Assembly: GCF_009914755.1 (NCBI RefSeq)
Contig: NC_060940.1
Reading direction: 5' to 3' (one strand)
Origin: the human T2T-CHM13v2.0 reference genome, Homo sapiens
Length of the DNA stretch: 64,000 nucleotides
In this document: positions 22,207 through 39,235 of the stretch, piece after piece
Numbering within the stretch: position 1 is the first letter of the stretch
How the letters are laid out: each line of letters opens with the position of its first letter
Notes under the pieces: model-generated
What the model was told of the DNA's origin: nothing
Database searches by the model: none
Seen by the model: only the letters and a program-made list of their open reading frames with translations
Made by a program: the position numbers and the translations under genes

Positions 22207-22909
22207 TGATGCCAAAGGTGGCCCCCTCTATACGCAGGAACCACAGGGAGGCTCAGCGACTTGCTTGGAGCTTTGGGTGGGGACGGGCCGTTCGGTGAGA
22301 AAGCCCACTTGCTGGGCCTGTGACAACCCAGCCTCATTCTCCTGCCCCTTACAGGTGGAGGGGTCACTTGACAGATGAGCAAGTGCAGGCTCTAAGGCTG
22401 GGACCCTTGCCCGAAGCCACAAAGCAAGAGTCGGGCAGTGCTAGGCTCCGACGTGGCTCCCAAGCCGGAGCTCTCCCCTGGGCCTCCTATCTCTCCGTGG
22501 ACTCAGAGTTAGGAGCAACCATCCCTCTCTGACTCTCTCAGCCTCTCCCTGGGCACGGCTGCTGCCCCAAGGGAGCTGATGTGTTTCTGTGTCGTGGGGT
22601 CTCTGCACACATGGGCTCTGCCTTTTATCCCGTCAGCATCTCATGGAGGAGAACGCCAGGCCTTGGAGAGGCAGGGGATTCCCTCTTGCCTCGGTGGCAG
22701 AAGGTGTTTTCGAAGTTAACTAGTGCTGGTCTGTCATTCCTCCCTGACCCTTTATGGTGCTGTGTCTCTCCTGTCCTCTAACCGAGGAAGGTTCCTGGCC
22801 AGCTTCCCGAACCCTCTGAGCCTTTGCAGGTGGTTTTGACGCCGGGTGGCAGCCTGAGCTGCTCGGCCTCATCTGCAGCCCAAGCGTGTGCCAAGGTTGG
22901 ACGGCTCTC

Positions 22910-24062
22910 CCCCCACCCCCCAGATCCCCTGGCCCATCTTCCATCCTCCCCCCACCCCCCAGATCCCCTGGCCCATCTTCCATCCTCCCCCAACCCGCCA
23001 GATCCCCTGGCCCATCTTCCATCCTCCCCCCACCCACCAGATCCCATGGCCCATCTTCCATCCTCCCCCCACCCCCCAGATCCCATGGCCCATCTTCCAT
23101 CCTCCCCCCACCCCCCAGATCCCCTGGCCCATCTTCCATCCTCCCCCCACCCACCAGATCCCATGGCCCATCTTCCATCCTCCCCCCACCCACCAGATCC
23201 CATGGCCCATCTTCCATCCTCCCCCAACCCCCCAGATCCCCTGGCCCGTCTTCCGTCCTCCCTCTCACCCCCCGGATCCCATGGCCCGTCATCCGTCTTC
23301 TCTCTCACCCCCCGGATCCCATGATCCATCTTCCATCCTCCCTCTCACCCCCCGGATCCCATGGCCCGTCTTCCGTCCTCCCTCTCACCCCCCGGATCCC
23401 ATGGCCCGTCTTCCGTCTTCTCTCTCACCCCCCGGATCCCATGATCCATCTTCCATCCTCCCTCTCACCCCCCGGATCCCATGGCCCGTCTTCCGTCCTC
23501 CCTCTCACCCCCCGCATCCCATGGCCCGTCTTCCGTCCTCCCTCTCACCCCCCGGATCCCATGGCCCGTCTTCCGTCCTCCCTCTCACCCCCCGGATCCC
23601 ATGGCCCGTCTTCCGTCCTCCCTCTCACCCCCCGGATCCCATGGCCCGTCTTCCGTCCTCCCTCTCACCCCCCGCATCCCATGGCCCGTCTTCCGTCCTC
23701 CCTCTCACCCCCCGGATCCCATGGCCCGTCTTCCGTCCTCCCTCTCACCCCCCGCATCCCATGGCCCGTCTTCCGTCCTCCCTCTCACCCCCCGCATCCC
23801 ATGGCCCGTCTTCCGTCCTCCCTCTCACCCCCCGGATCCCATGGCCCGTCTTCCGTCCTCCCTCTCACCCCCCAGATCCCATGGCCCGTCTTCCGTCCTC
23901 CCTCTCACCCCCCGGATCCCATGGCCCGTCTTCCGTCCTCCCTCTCACCCCCCGCATCCCATGGCCCGTCTTCCGTCCTCCCTCTCACCCCCCGGATCCC
24001 ATGGCCCGTCTTCCGTCCTCCCTCTCACCCTCAAGATCCCATGGCCCATCTTCCGTCCTCTC
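22910..24062. repeat. C-rich compound VNTR: about 8 x 39 bp, then about 21 x 40 bp, SPIRE2 intron 3
   Basis: ccccccaccccccagatcccctggcccatcttccatcct grading into cctctcacccccccggatcccatggcccgtcttccgtcctc-type units. Confidence 0.96.
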
Positions 24063-25301
24063 TCTCAGCTCCCCCTTGGCCTCCTGGGACATGCTTCTAA
24101 CGTTCCCCACAATTAGCAGACGGTCCTCCTGCTGTTGTGTCTCTGATCAGGCTGTTTTCTGCTGCTCAGATCAGTTTCTTACCCAGTGAAAGCTCTTTCA
24201 TTCTTAGAGACACAGTCTTACTCTGTTGCCCAGGCTGGTCTCAAACTCTTGGGCTCAAGTGATCCTCCCACTTCGGCCTCCCAGAGTGCTGGGGTTACAG
24301 CTATGAGCCACTGTTCCCGGCCAGAAAGCACTTTAGGAGGAAACGGCTCTGTATGCAGGCAGTTGACTGAGGCGAAGTTTGGGGAATTGGTAGTAGGACC
24401 AAGTGAGAGAAGGGTCTCTCCATGGGGTGTAGCTGTGTCTGTTGGCATTTTGGCCAGGAGCGGCCTGCTCAGGAACAGGTACAGGTGTTCCCGGAAGGAC
24501 AGGAGTGCCACCCTCTGTGCCCTTTGCCCTGGGCTGGCATACATGAGGCCTGTGGGCAGACACACACCTCACGCTGCCCAGGGAGTGTCCCAAAGCAGTG
24601 TGGCGGGTACCTGGGGCCGAAGCCAGGGTGACTGGTTCTGCCTTGGTTGTGGGGGCTGTGCCAAAGGGTAGGTGCTTCTCTAGAGTTGGGACTTCGTGAC
24701 AGCAGAGGCTGCGTGCCACCGAGATCGTGCGTGACGGAGGCAGCAGGTGCCGCGCCTTCTTCCCAAGTTCTCAGCACAGAGCGCTTCCCAAACAGGCCCT
24801 CACCACAGTGTTGGCACCTTCCCCAGTTCACAAAGTACATACCCATGTCTGTTTCCCTGGACTTGCCAGGCAGCAGCTCATCCACCCTCCCATCCACCTG
24901 TCCACCACGTATCCATTCACCCAAGCCATGCACAAAGACTGGCCTGTGCCACACTGCGCTGAGCCCCAGACGCTACTCAGAGAAGCAGCTCAGCGTAAAG
25001 GCCTGGCTGGGACCTAGAGCAGCTGCGGGGACTCGGGGGTGGCAGGGTGCATGGCCCACCTGAGGAAATGCTGTGTGGACTGAGTGGAGTCTCCACACCT
25101 GTGTTCGCCGCCTGTGGCGATGGCTCGGTTTCCCCAGATACCTTTTCGAGTCCTATGGCCTGGGCCAAAATGCCCAGCTGTCTCTTTTCCGGCTGGTCGA
25201 GTGGAGCCCCCGTGACGTGGTCGTGTCCCTGACGGACGGGGCCCGTCTTGCATCTGCCATTCTCGTACCTCCCCTGGACTGACGAGCACGTGTGGTCACA
25301 G

Positions 25302-25382
25302 ATGCTGCAGAAGCTTCGGGAGGACGAGCCGCATCTGGAGACGCCTCGGGCAGAGCTGGACAGCCTGGGTCACACAGACTGG
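25302..25382 (+). CDS. SPIRE2: SPIRE2 exon 4 (81 nt; MLQKLREDEPHLETPRAELDSLGHTDW)
   Basis: cacag|ATG...TGG|gtaagg; 27 codons; phase 0/0. Confidence 0.93.
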
Positions 25383-25502
25383 GTAAGGCTCACTCCCACC
25401 TGACCGGGCCACTGACGCGGCCCAGCCTGCCAAGGGTCTCTGCCTGGGGGGCCGTGGAGCTTCACCTGGGGCTGAGACCCATTCTCTTCCCCTGGGGCCC
25501 AG

Positions 25503-25667
25503 GCCCGACTGTGGGTTCAGCTCATGCGGGAGCTCCGCCGCGGAGTGAAGCTGAAGAAGGTGCAAGAGCAGGAGTTCAACCCCCTCCCCACCGAGTTCCA
25601 GCTCACGCCCTTCGAGATGCTGATGCAGGACATCCGGGCCCGGAACTACAAGCTGCGCAAGGTCATG
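25503..25667 (+). CDS. SPIRE2: SPIRE2 exon 5 (165 nt; WH2-A and WH2-B: [20 protein letters not shown]...[15 protein letters not shown])
   Basis: cccag|GCC...ATG|gtgagc; WH2 LKKV and LRKV motifs. Confidence 0.96.
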
Positions 25668-25736
25668 GTGAGCGGGGCAGACGCAGAGGGGCAGCCTGGA
25701 TGCAGAGGTCGTGGTGAGCGGGGCGGACGCAGATGA

Positions 25737-26160
<424 letters not shown>

Positions 26161-26616
26161 TAGCCACGATGGTCTCGATCTCCTGACCTTGTGATCTGCC
26201 CACCTCGGCCTCCCAAAGTGCCAGGATTACAGATGTGAGCCACCTGCCTGGCCTGGCTGTAGGATATTTTTGCCGTAACAAAACTCATGGAGCCCTTAGG
26301 AGGCGCCGGCATGGTTCTTATGATGCCCCTGTGAGGTGTGTGCCACCCCACCCCACCTCCAGATGAGTCCCAGGTGCTAGAGGCTGGGGCAGCCAGGTGG
26401 GGACGCGTCAGACCATGGATGCTGTGGCCGCCCAGAGCATGGCCTGTGGATCTGCCGTGCGTTTACCAGGGAAGCAGCTGGGTCCCTGCGAGCAAAGAGT
26501 GGGAGGGCGGGTAGGTGCGAAGACCAGGCTGTCCTTGGGCTGAGCAGGCCTCTCCCAGTCGCCCTGCACTAGTGGATGGTCCCTGCAGGGCCTCAGATCA
26601 GCCGTCCTCCCCGCAG

Positions 26617-26703
26617 GTGGATGGGGACATCCCGCCCCGGGTGAAGAAGGACGCTCACGAGCTCATCCTGGACTTTATCCGCTCACGGCCTCCACTGAAG
26701 CAG
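26617..26703 (+). CDS. SPIRE2: SPIRE2 exon 6 (87 nt; [31 protein letters not shown]2-C)
   Basis: ccgcag|GTG...CAG|gtgctg; 29 codons. Confidence 0.95.
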
Positions 26704-27035
26704 GTGCTGCCCCAGCCTCCTCCTCCTCAGGGGCCGCCCGGGGCCTGGTGCTGTCCTGTAGCCAGCCTGGGAGGTGTCCCAGCACGTCTTCCTGTGGCCA
26801 GCCTGGGAGGTGTCCCAGTGCGTCTGCGTCACGGGTGAGGCGGGCTGGCTTCCTCTTGCCTGTGTGCCAGCCCGGGGCTGTGTGGCCCTGGGCCCTTTTT
26901 CTGGGAAGGGGCCATGTGAGCCATGCCCACCCCACCCCAGGTGCATGCGGAGCCCAGAGCCCCCTGGGAGCAGCACTCCCTCCGGGTGGGCCTGGCAGGC
27001 TCTTCCGACTCCAGAGTGGGCCCGTGTCATGGTCA

Positions 27036-27133
27036 CTTCCCCACCACAGGTCCCGCTTCCCCACCGCAGGTCCCGCTTCCCCACCGCAGGTCCTGCTTCC
27101 CCACCGCAGGTCTCGCTTCCCCACCGCAGGTCT
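27036..27133. repeat. 20-bp tandem repeat x5 spanning the SPIRE2 exon 7 acceptor
   Basis: cttccccaccgcaggtcccg units; AG at 27048, 27068, 27088, 27108 and 27128. Confidence 0.96.
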
Positions 27134-27253
27134 CTGAGAGGCGGCTGCGCCCGTTGCCACCAAAGCAAAGGTCCCTGCATGAGAAGATCCTGGAGGAGAT
27201 CAAGCAGGAGCGGAGGCTGCGCCCGGTGCGGGGCGAGGGCTGGGCTGCCCGCG
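27130..27253 (+). CDS. SPIRE2: SPIRE2 exon 7 (124 nt; [33 protein letters not shown]..., linker 3 and WH2-D)
   Basis: ccgcag|GTC...CGCG|gtgagt. The acceptor used here is the last of five tandem copies. Confidence 0.94.
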
Positions 27254-27474
27254 GTGAGTGAGGGGATGGCAGGAGAAGAGAGCCCTGAGCCCCCGGCTGG
27301 GGTTCCCCCATTCCCCTGGTCAGGTTGCACATTGGAAGGTGGCGTCTCCCTGAGGGCGCCTGAACCCATGGAAGACACAGAACATCTTAATTTTTGAGGC
27401 ACACAGGCTTTTGAAACTCAGATTACTTGGGGATAAAAAATTTAAATTAAATTAAAATTATATATATATATATT

Positions 27475-29200
<1,726 letters not shown>

Positions 29201-29354
29201 CTAGTTCCTCATTTTTTTAAATGGCTGGCTAGCCCTCAGTTTCCCCTTCTGCAAAGTCAGGGAATTAAGCCAGCTGGTGCACACAAAGCTGTCAGCTCCT
29301 GCCTGCTGTCTCCCCGTTCACTGGCCCGTCCTGCCTCGGCTCCCGTCTCCCCAG

Positions 29355-29524
29355 GGTTTGGCTCTCTGCCCTGCATCCTCAACGCCTGCTCCGGAGATGC
29401 CAAGTCCACCTCCTGCATCAACCTGTCAGTCACAGATGCTGGGGGCAGCGCCCAGCGCCCGCGGCCCCGCGTGCTGCTCAAGGCGCCTACCTTGGCTGAA
29501 ATGGAAGAGATGAATACATCTGAG
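29355..29524 (+). CDS. SPIRE2: SPIRE2 exon 8 (170 nt; GFGSLPCILNACS...VLLKAPTLAEMEEMNTSE)
   Basis: ccccag|GG...GAG|gtcaga; phase 1 in, phase 0 out. Confidence 0.93.
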
Positions 29525-30181
29525 GTCAGAACCCATGGGGATTCCTGAAAAGAGACCAGGAATGGGAGGATGGGGGCCAAGGAAGTGAGAAGGGCTAAGC
29601 TAAGCCGGGGGCAGCAGCAATTGCGGTGTCTCCTGTCCAGGAGCCCTCCCTTGAAACTGACATCCTGCCGTAGGAGGAGGCCTGTGGGGATCGGGGACCC
29701 TGCCATCTTGGCCGCTCAGAAGGGTGACTGGGAGAGGGCCTGGGCTGCCTCCTCCCACAGACGATGGAAGGCTGACAGCGGAAGTGCCTCGCTGTCCCAG
29801 GCCCCGGAAACTGAGCCCCTGGCTAGTTGATGTGAAAAGGTGGACCCAGCGAGGCTCCCTGCCCACCCTGGCTGCCCTGTGAATGGGACGCTCCTCTCTT
29901 CACAGGAAGGGCTGGTGATGGCCTTGTTGGGGGCCATCCCAGAGGGCTCTGCCTCCGTCTGACACTAGACCTGTCCCTTTCCGGAAGGCCTGGGGAAGGG
30001 CTTGGTTACTCGGGTGCTTGCCACGAACTGTCCAGAGGCGGGCAGGCTGGGAAGTGGGTGGAGGCTGCCCCACATCGCAGCAGACCCTGCGGCACCCCTG
30101 GGTCCTCTGCTTCATTCCAGGCATGGGCAGGAGGCACTGGCGGGCATTGTCAGGGCAGGGCCGCATCTGGTGTGTCCACAG

Positions 30182-30371
30182 GAAGAAGAGTCTCCGTGTG
30201 GGGAGGTGACGCTGAAACGGGACCGCTCCTTCTCAGAGCATGACCTGGCCCAGCTCCGAAGTGAGGTGGCCTCTGGCCTGCAGTCGGCCACCCACCCCCC
30301 AGGAGGGACGGAGCCACCACGGCCCCGAGCTGGCAGTGCGCATGTGTGGAGGCCCGGCTCCCGAGACCAGG
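30182..30371 (+). CDS. SPIRE2: SPIRE2 exon 9 (190 nt; EEESPCGEVTLKRDRSFSEHDL...GSRDQG), GC donor
   Basis: cacag|GAA...CAGG|gcaagt. Continuity of frame into exon 10 requires the GC donor. Confidence 0.9.
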
Positions 30372-31699
30372 GCAAGTGCTGCTTCTCACCCCCGTACCCT
30401 CCTTCGCCCCCACCCCGATCCATCCTGTGGGCACCATCCCTCCACCTCAGCCCACATCTTCCTGAGCAGGCAGCTCCCAGGGACCCAGGGAGCTCGTGCC
30501 TGCAAGACGGCACCACCTCAGGCAGGCATCTCCTTTTGTTTAACTTGAAAACTTACTAAGTAATGCATATTTATTATAAAAATATTTTTTAATATTTAAA
30601 AAGAATTCTCATGATTCTATTACCTAGACATAATTAACTTTGGGATATAGAAAGATAGCTAACTAGATGAGTGATAGACCCTTCTAGTCCTCTGGGAAGG
30701 GAGCCGTGTGTCCGTGGGGAGCCGGCTGGGCTCGCAGCACATGGCTCTGGAACCTGAGCCGTGATTCCTTCGACTCCTTTTCGCGCTGCTGAGCACAGAA
30801 CGATTCTTGCTGGCTGTGCAGGGCTGGTCCTACCACCGTGAGGGCTGAACTTTACGGAGAGCCCTCGCGACTCAGGGTTCTTGTCTCCCCACCACCACAT
30901 CCCAGCAGGCACGGCCAGGCCTCCTTGTCTGCCTGTGGGGCCAGAGTCTCGGGACAATCGTGTTTGGTGCTTACAGCCCCTTCCCAGTGTTAAGAGGTCC
31001 AGGCCAGGCCAGTTCCAAACCTCACACTTACTTAACCTCGGCCTCCCCCACCTGGAGCTGTGCCTCAGCCTCTGGGAGTTGGTGGAGGGAGGGAGGTCGA
31101 CCCCAGCTCCAGTGTGAGGTGTGGACTGCAGGAGGAGGGTCTGGCTCACTGCTGCTGTGGGACTGCCCATGCCAGCTCATTCTGGGGCTCAGACACGGGG
31201 GCCCTTCCGGGGTCCTGTGGACCCTCTATACCACATGGGCCCCGATGAATGTCCTAATGTTGGAGCCACCCTCTTCGCTTTTTTCTTCTTTTTGAGACAA
31301 GGTCTTGCTCTGCTGCCCAGGCTGGAGTGCAGAGGTACCATTATAGCTCACTGCAGCCTTGGCCTCCTGGGCTCAAGCAATCCTCCCGCCTCAGCCTCCT
31401 GAGTAGCTAGGACTACCGACATGTTTCACGATGCCTGCCTAACTTTTATATTTTTCTATAGAGCTGAGGGTCTCGCTACGTTGCCCAGGGTGGTCTCAAG
31501 CTCCTAGGCTCAAGGTTCCACCCGCCTCGGCCTCCTAAGTGCTAGAACTGCCCGTGTAGCTACTGCCCGGCCGCTTCTCCCCTTGACCTTTTGCTTGGTT
31601 CCCCTGGAGCCCTCCACCATCTCTATCATCCCCTGGGCACAGTCCTCTTTACCACAGCTCCTGCCAGGCAGTCCTGATGGAGCCTCTGCTCTCCCCCAG

Positions 31700-31812
31700 G
31701 TACCTGTCCCGCGAGTGTCTCTGACCCCAGCCACCCCCTACTCAGCAACCGGGGCTCCTCGGGGGACAGACCCGAGGCCTCCATGACCCCCGATGCCAAA
31801 CACCTGTGGCTG
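31700..31812 (+). CDS. SPIRE2: SPIRE2 exon 10 (113 nt; GTCPASVSDP...DAKHLWL)
   Basis: cccccag|GT...CTG|gtgagt. Confidence 0.92.
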
Positions 31813-32559
31813 GTGAGTGAGGGTGCGATTGTCGTCCAGGGCGGCCCAGGGGGCGTCTTTGCACCCACCTTCCCGCCGCCAGCCAGGTCTGGGAGATGGG
31901 TCTGAGCACCTGTCTGGGGGGTGTGGCCTGAGCGTCCGTCTGGGGGGGCGCGGTCTGAACATGGGGCACCAGTGGTGGAGCTGCTGGTCTGGGGCCGTGG
32001 TCTCTGCTGCCGCCTGCTGGGGCCGAACCGCACTGCACTGCGGCCCCGGAGCCTGGTCCCTAATTGAAGGGTTCAGTGTGGGGTTAGGGCAGACGGTGAA
32101 CCTGCGTGCCCTGTGCCTGGAGGTCAGTGTGAGGGGGGTTCACTGGGTCGAGACCTTGACTCTGGCCGTGACGCCGCCACGGTACTGCTCAGCCCCTCTG
32201 CCCTCGGTTTCTTATCTGACCTGTAATTGTGAAGAGCTCACCTTTGCTGACATCTTGAGGCCCACGTGGACCTGAGTTCTGGTGCAGGATTTAATCAACT
32301 GAGGTAAGGGGAGTGTGCGGCCCGTGGGCCACGGTGGCAGCATGCAGGTGTTGGAGGGATGTGAACGGTGTGGTTGCTGTCACTATTTGAGGTTTTATCC
32401 AGCGGCTCAGATGAGAACAGATGTTAAAATGCTTTGAGAACTATGAGCCTTATATAAATGCAAGGCACTGTGCGTATCCCCACCGAAACGCAGGGCCTGC
32501 CCTGTTAGCCTAGGTCGTATCCCACCGAAGGCAGGGCTTGCCCCGTTAGCCTAGGATTA

Positions 32560-33410
<851 letters not shown>

Positions 33411-34492
33411 AGGTCACATGAGTGGTTCTTTAGCTCTGAAGTCTCAGAAGTGCTTTCTGAAGGGGGGCTACTGAGCACCACAGAACCTGGCCTTCCATCT
33501 GCCCTGGGCTCACAGCCTCACCTGGGGAGCAGGCGGCCCTTCTCTGTACCTGGCGTGAGGTCTCCTGGCCACGGACGTTGTTGGCGTCACACCTGTGGCA
33601 CCTGAGGTGAATTGTTCAGATGGAAACGGCACCATCAGGCAACTGGCAACAGAAGCCTAAAGCCCTGGGTGCCTCAGGTCAGAGGAAGGAAGGAATGCAA
33701 GGGCCCCGCTCCCCCCAATGCCAGGAGCGTGTGTTCACAGCTTTAGACAGGACAACCCACTGCAAATCCAAAGCAGAAAACATGGTCCAACTCCATCTCT
33801 GTGGCACCTTCATAGATGGTGCCCACCTGCCTTGGCAGTGATGACCGACACTGCGAACGCTGTGCTGGCAGTGTGTTTAAGGGCTTTAACTGAATCATCT
33901 CGATGGAGCTGAAATCCAGCCCCATTTTACAGAAGAGAAAACTGAGGCTTAGAGAGATCAGGTGTCAAGTTCTATGCCAAGCACAGGGAAGCAAAAACAG
34001 GACACACTCAACATAAGGTGGCCCCAGGAATCAGTGGCCAGGACACGGGAGGTGTGCTGAGCGCAGATGGGCAGATGCAAGCTGAGGTGGCCTGTTGGAG
34101 GGTCCTGGACCTTCCAGAAAAGAGGACATCAGCTGCTCAGGGAGGGAAGGTTTGAGATGGATTCTGGCTGGTGTGGATCAGCCCATGGTGTGTTTGCAGG
34201 CAGGGACACCTTGAACAGACATGGGCTGAGGGGAGTTTGTGTGGAGCGTGGCCAGTGAAGGCTGGGCTGGCCGGCAGGGTCCGCTGGTCATGGGAGGCCT
34301 GGCCTGCAGCAGCAGGGCCCATCAAAGACATGGGGATGGATGGCTGATGGACAAGATGGCTGATGGACAGCGTTTTAGAAGGTCGCAGGCTTGTTTAGGC
34401 TGAGGCCAGGGAGGGTTAGGGTCCTCAGGGAAGGAGAGTAAGCTAGGGGAGCCTCCTGCATAGAAGACTTCCTACCTGAGGCCGTCCCCTAG

Positions 34493-34627
34493 GAGTTCAG
34501 CCACCCCGTGGAGAGCCTGGCGCTGACTGTGGAAGAGGTGATGGACGTGCGCCGTGTGCTGGTGAAGGCCGAGATGGAAAAGTTTTTGCAGAACAAGGAG
34601 CTCTTCAGCAGTCTGAAGAAGGGGAAG
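34493..34627 (+). CDS. SPIRE2: SPIRE2 exon 11 (135 nt; [31 protein letters not shown]...KKGK, Spir-box)
   Basis: ccctag|GAG...AAG|gtgagg; Spir-box motif. Confidence 0.96.
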
Positions 34628-34810
34628 GTGAGGCTGCCTAGACGTGGGGCTACGCTCTTGCCCGCTGGGTCAGGGGCGGGTGCCGAGAGGGCCAGTTCCC
34701 AGGACTGTTTGCTCATGATCTGGTTGGGAGCCCTGAGGGGGTAGCAGGGACAGGGCGGGACCCCAGGGAGCTTTGGACAAAGCGGGGCTCTAACCAGTCT
34801 CTCCTGACAG

Positions 34811-34878
34811 ATTTGCTGCTGCTGCCGGGCCAAGTTCCCGCTGTTCTCGTGGCCGCCCAGCTGTCTCTTCTGCAAGAG
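34811..34878 (+). CDS. SPIRE2: SPIRE2 exon 12 (68 nt; ICCCCRAKFPLFSWPPSCLFCKR, FYVE-type zinc finger)
   Basis: gacag|ATT...AAGAG|gtgagc; Cys-rich. Confidence 0.95.
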
Positions 34879-34944
34879 GTGAGCCTTCCCTTTAGCTGTC
34901 AGTTCACAAGGGAAGGAGGAGGCGAGAAACCTCGGGGCAGTACC

Positions 34945-35075
34945 GCCCACAGAACTTCCTGTGATTCCAGGAATGTTCTAGCATGTTCGATGGCTGATGA
35001 GTCCACAAGATATGGTTAGTACGAATGAGGAGTTAAATTTTAAATTGTATTTAAATTAAATTAAATTTAAATAGC
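34945..35075. mobile_element. MER3/MER33-like DNA transposon fragment
   Basis: agaacttcctgtgat...gaatgttcta...tttaaattaaattaaatttaaatagc. Confidence 0.55.
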
Positions 35076-35414
35076 TAAGCAACTCCCAGTTTCAGCCAAG
35101 ATGGGGTAATAGGCATCTTCCACAGCCAAGAACAAACAGGATGTGAAACAATGGTTTTCAAGACAGCAGGCAACAAAAAGGAAACACAACGGGGCAAGCC
35201 TGCCATCACCACAGTCATTGCCTGGAGAGTTTCTAGGTCATGAGCCACAGCTGCCGGACTCCCCAGATGGAGGAGGTCAGGCTGAGAATCCAGGGAGACC
35301 ACAGCAGCTCGAGTCCGCCGTGTAGAACTCCAGAGGAGAGGGCTGCGCCGAGAAAGCCTCAGAGAAGGTCCCCCTCTCTGAAGGAAATGACTGAAGGCTG
35401 CAGAACATTTATCC

Positions 35415-35582
35415 TAAAGCAGAGATTGGCAGACTATAGCCACGGGCCAAATCTGGTCCTCGGCCTGTTTTGCAAGTAAAATCTCACTGGACACAGCCAC
35501 ACCCATTTATTACTCGCTCAGCCACGCCTAAAAGGTTTATTCTCTGGCCCTTTACACAAAAAATTTACCTTCCCTTGTTCTA
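35415..35582. mobile_element. MER58A-like DNA transposon
   Basis: ttggcagactatagccacgggccaaatctgg...ctggccctttacacaaaaaattt. Confidence 0.7.
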
Positions 35583-35639
35583 AAGATCTGAAGGGACGGT
35601 GCTCAGGGGCAGGAATGAGTAACATCGGTTTCCACCGGC

Positions 35640-36700
35640 CACAGGCAGAAATGTCATAATTCACAGGGCACTAACTGGAATGCACACAAAGGACTCGCCT
35701 CACTAACGTGGAGTAAGTAGCCCAAAGTGATTGTTGCTCTAGGCCTGACTGATACATCATAAAAGCAAGACCTGAAAGGATCAAACTGTTCACAAGTATC
35801 TTAACTGATTCTGAGAACAAAGCTCAAGAATAAGAATTTTTTAAACATCAACAAAAAAACAAACCAGTACTCAGCAAGATAAAATGTGTGGCATGCAAAA
35901 AACAAGACAAAATTAATTACAATGTATTGTGGGTTTTGTAACACGTGTGTAAGTAGTGTTGATAACAGCAGTTAGCATGAAGGTCAGGGAGAGGGGAAAA
36001 TTGGAAGTATACTTTTTTTCCTTTTTTTTTTTTTTTTTTTTTGAGAAGGAGTCTCGCTCTGGCGCCCAGGCTGGAGTGCAGTGGCACGATCTTGGCTCAC
36101 TGTAAGCTCCGCCTCCTGAGTTCCCACCATTCTCCTGCCTCAGCTTCCCGAGTAGCTGGGTCTACAGGCACCTGCTACCACTCCCAGCTAATTTTTTGTA
36201 TTTTTAGTAGAGATGGGGTTTCACCATGTTAGCCAGGATGGTCTCGATCCCCTGACCTCAGGATCTGCCCACCTCTGCCTCCCAAAGTGTTGGGATTACA
36301 GGCGTAAGCCACCGCGCCTGGCCAGAAGTATACTATTTTAAGGTTCACTATGGTAAGGTGAATCACTATGATAAGGTATAGTAAGGTATTATACACGCTA
36401 TACAAATATTACTTAAAGGTAGACTGTGATAAGTTAAAGATGTATACCATAAGTCCTAAAGCAACCACTAAAATAAAACAGTTACAGCTAATAAGCCAAC
36501 AAAGGAGATAAGATGGGACCATAAACAGTAATTAATCCAAAAAAAGGTAGGAAAAGAAGGAGAACAAACAAATGAGTCAAAAAGAAAACAAATAGCAAAT
36601 GACAGCCTTAAACACAACTGTATCTCGCATCACATTAACTGTAAGTCATCCACACGACCCAAGTAAAAGTTAGAATTTCCCAGACTGAATAAAAAAGTAA
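35640..36700 (+). mobile_element. Old L1M fragments interrupted by an Alu (about 36013-36322)
   Basis: A-rich; gtagactgtgataagttaaagatgtata...aagcaaccactaaaa is typical of L1M. Confidence 0.65.
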
Positions 36701-36705
36701 GGCTG

Positions 36706-38991
<2,286 letters not shown>

Positions 38992-39207
38992 TGAGAGAAT
39001 GCCAAGGAGCACATATATTTTGGGTGGATACCTAAGTATAAAGAAAAGCAAGATTTTGGAGTAAAATAAAGTACTGAAGTAACCAAGCATCAGGCAGAAG
39101 GCAAGGATGGTTTGACCTCGGATGCGTGGAGGCCGGGATGCGACTGTTTCTCAGCTGTTTGTGGGCTTCCTCCCTGCTGATGCTGCATTTCCTCTGTTCC
39201 CTTCCAG

Positions 39208-39235
39208 AGCCGTCTGCACTTCCTGTAGCATAAAG
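39208..39235 (+). CDS. SPIRE2: SPIRE2 exon 13 (28-nt microexon; AVCTSCSIK, FYVE CxxC)
   Basis: ttccag|AGCCGTCTGCACTTCCTGTAGCATAAAG|gtgagg; bridges phase 2 to phase 0. Confidence 0.93.

Noticed and set aside
22720-24189. Proline-rich 404/433-aa ORFs that look extensin-like
   Set aside because: Translation of a C-rich VNTR; no splice or codon evidence for coding.
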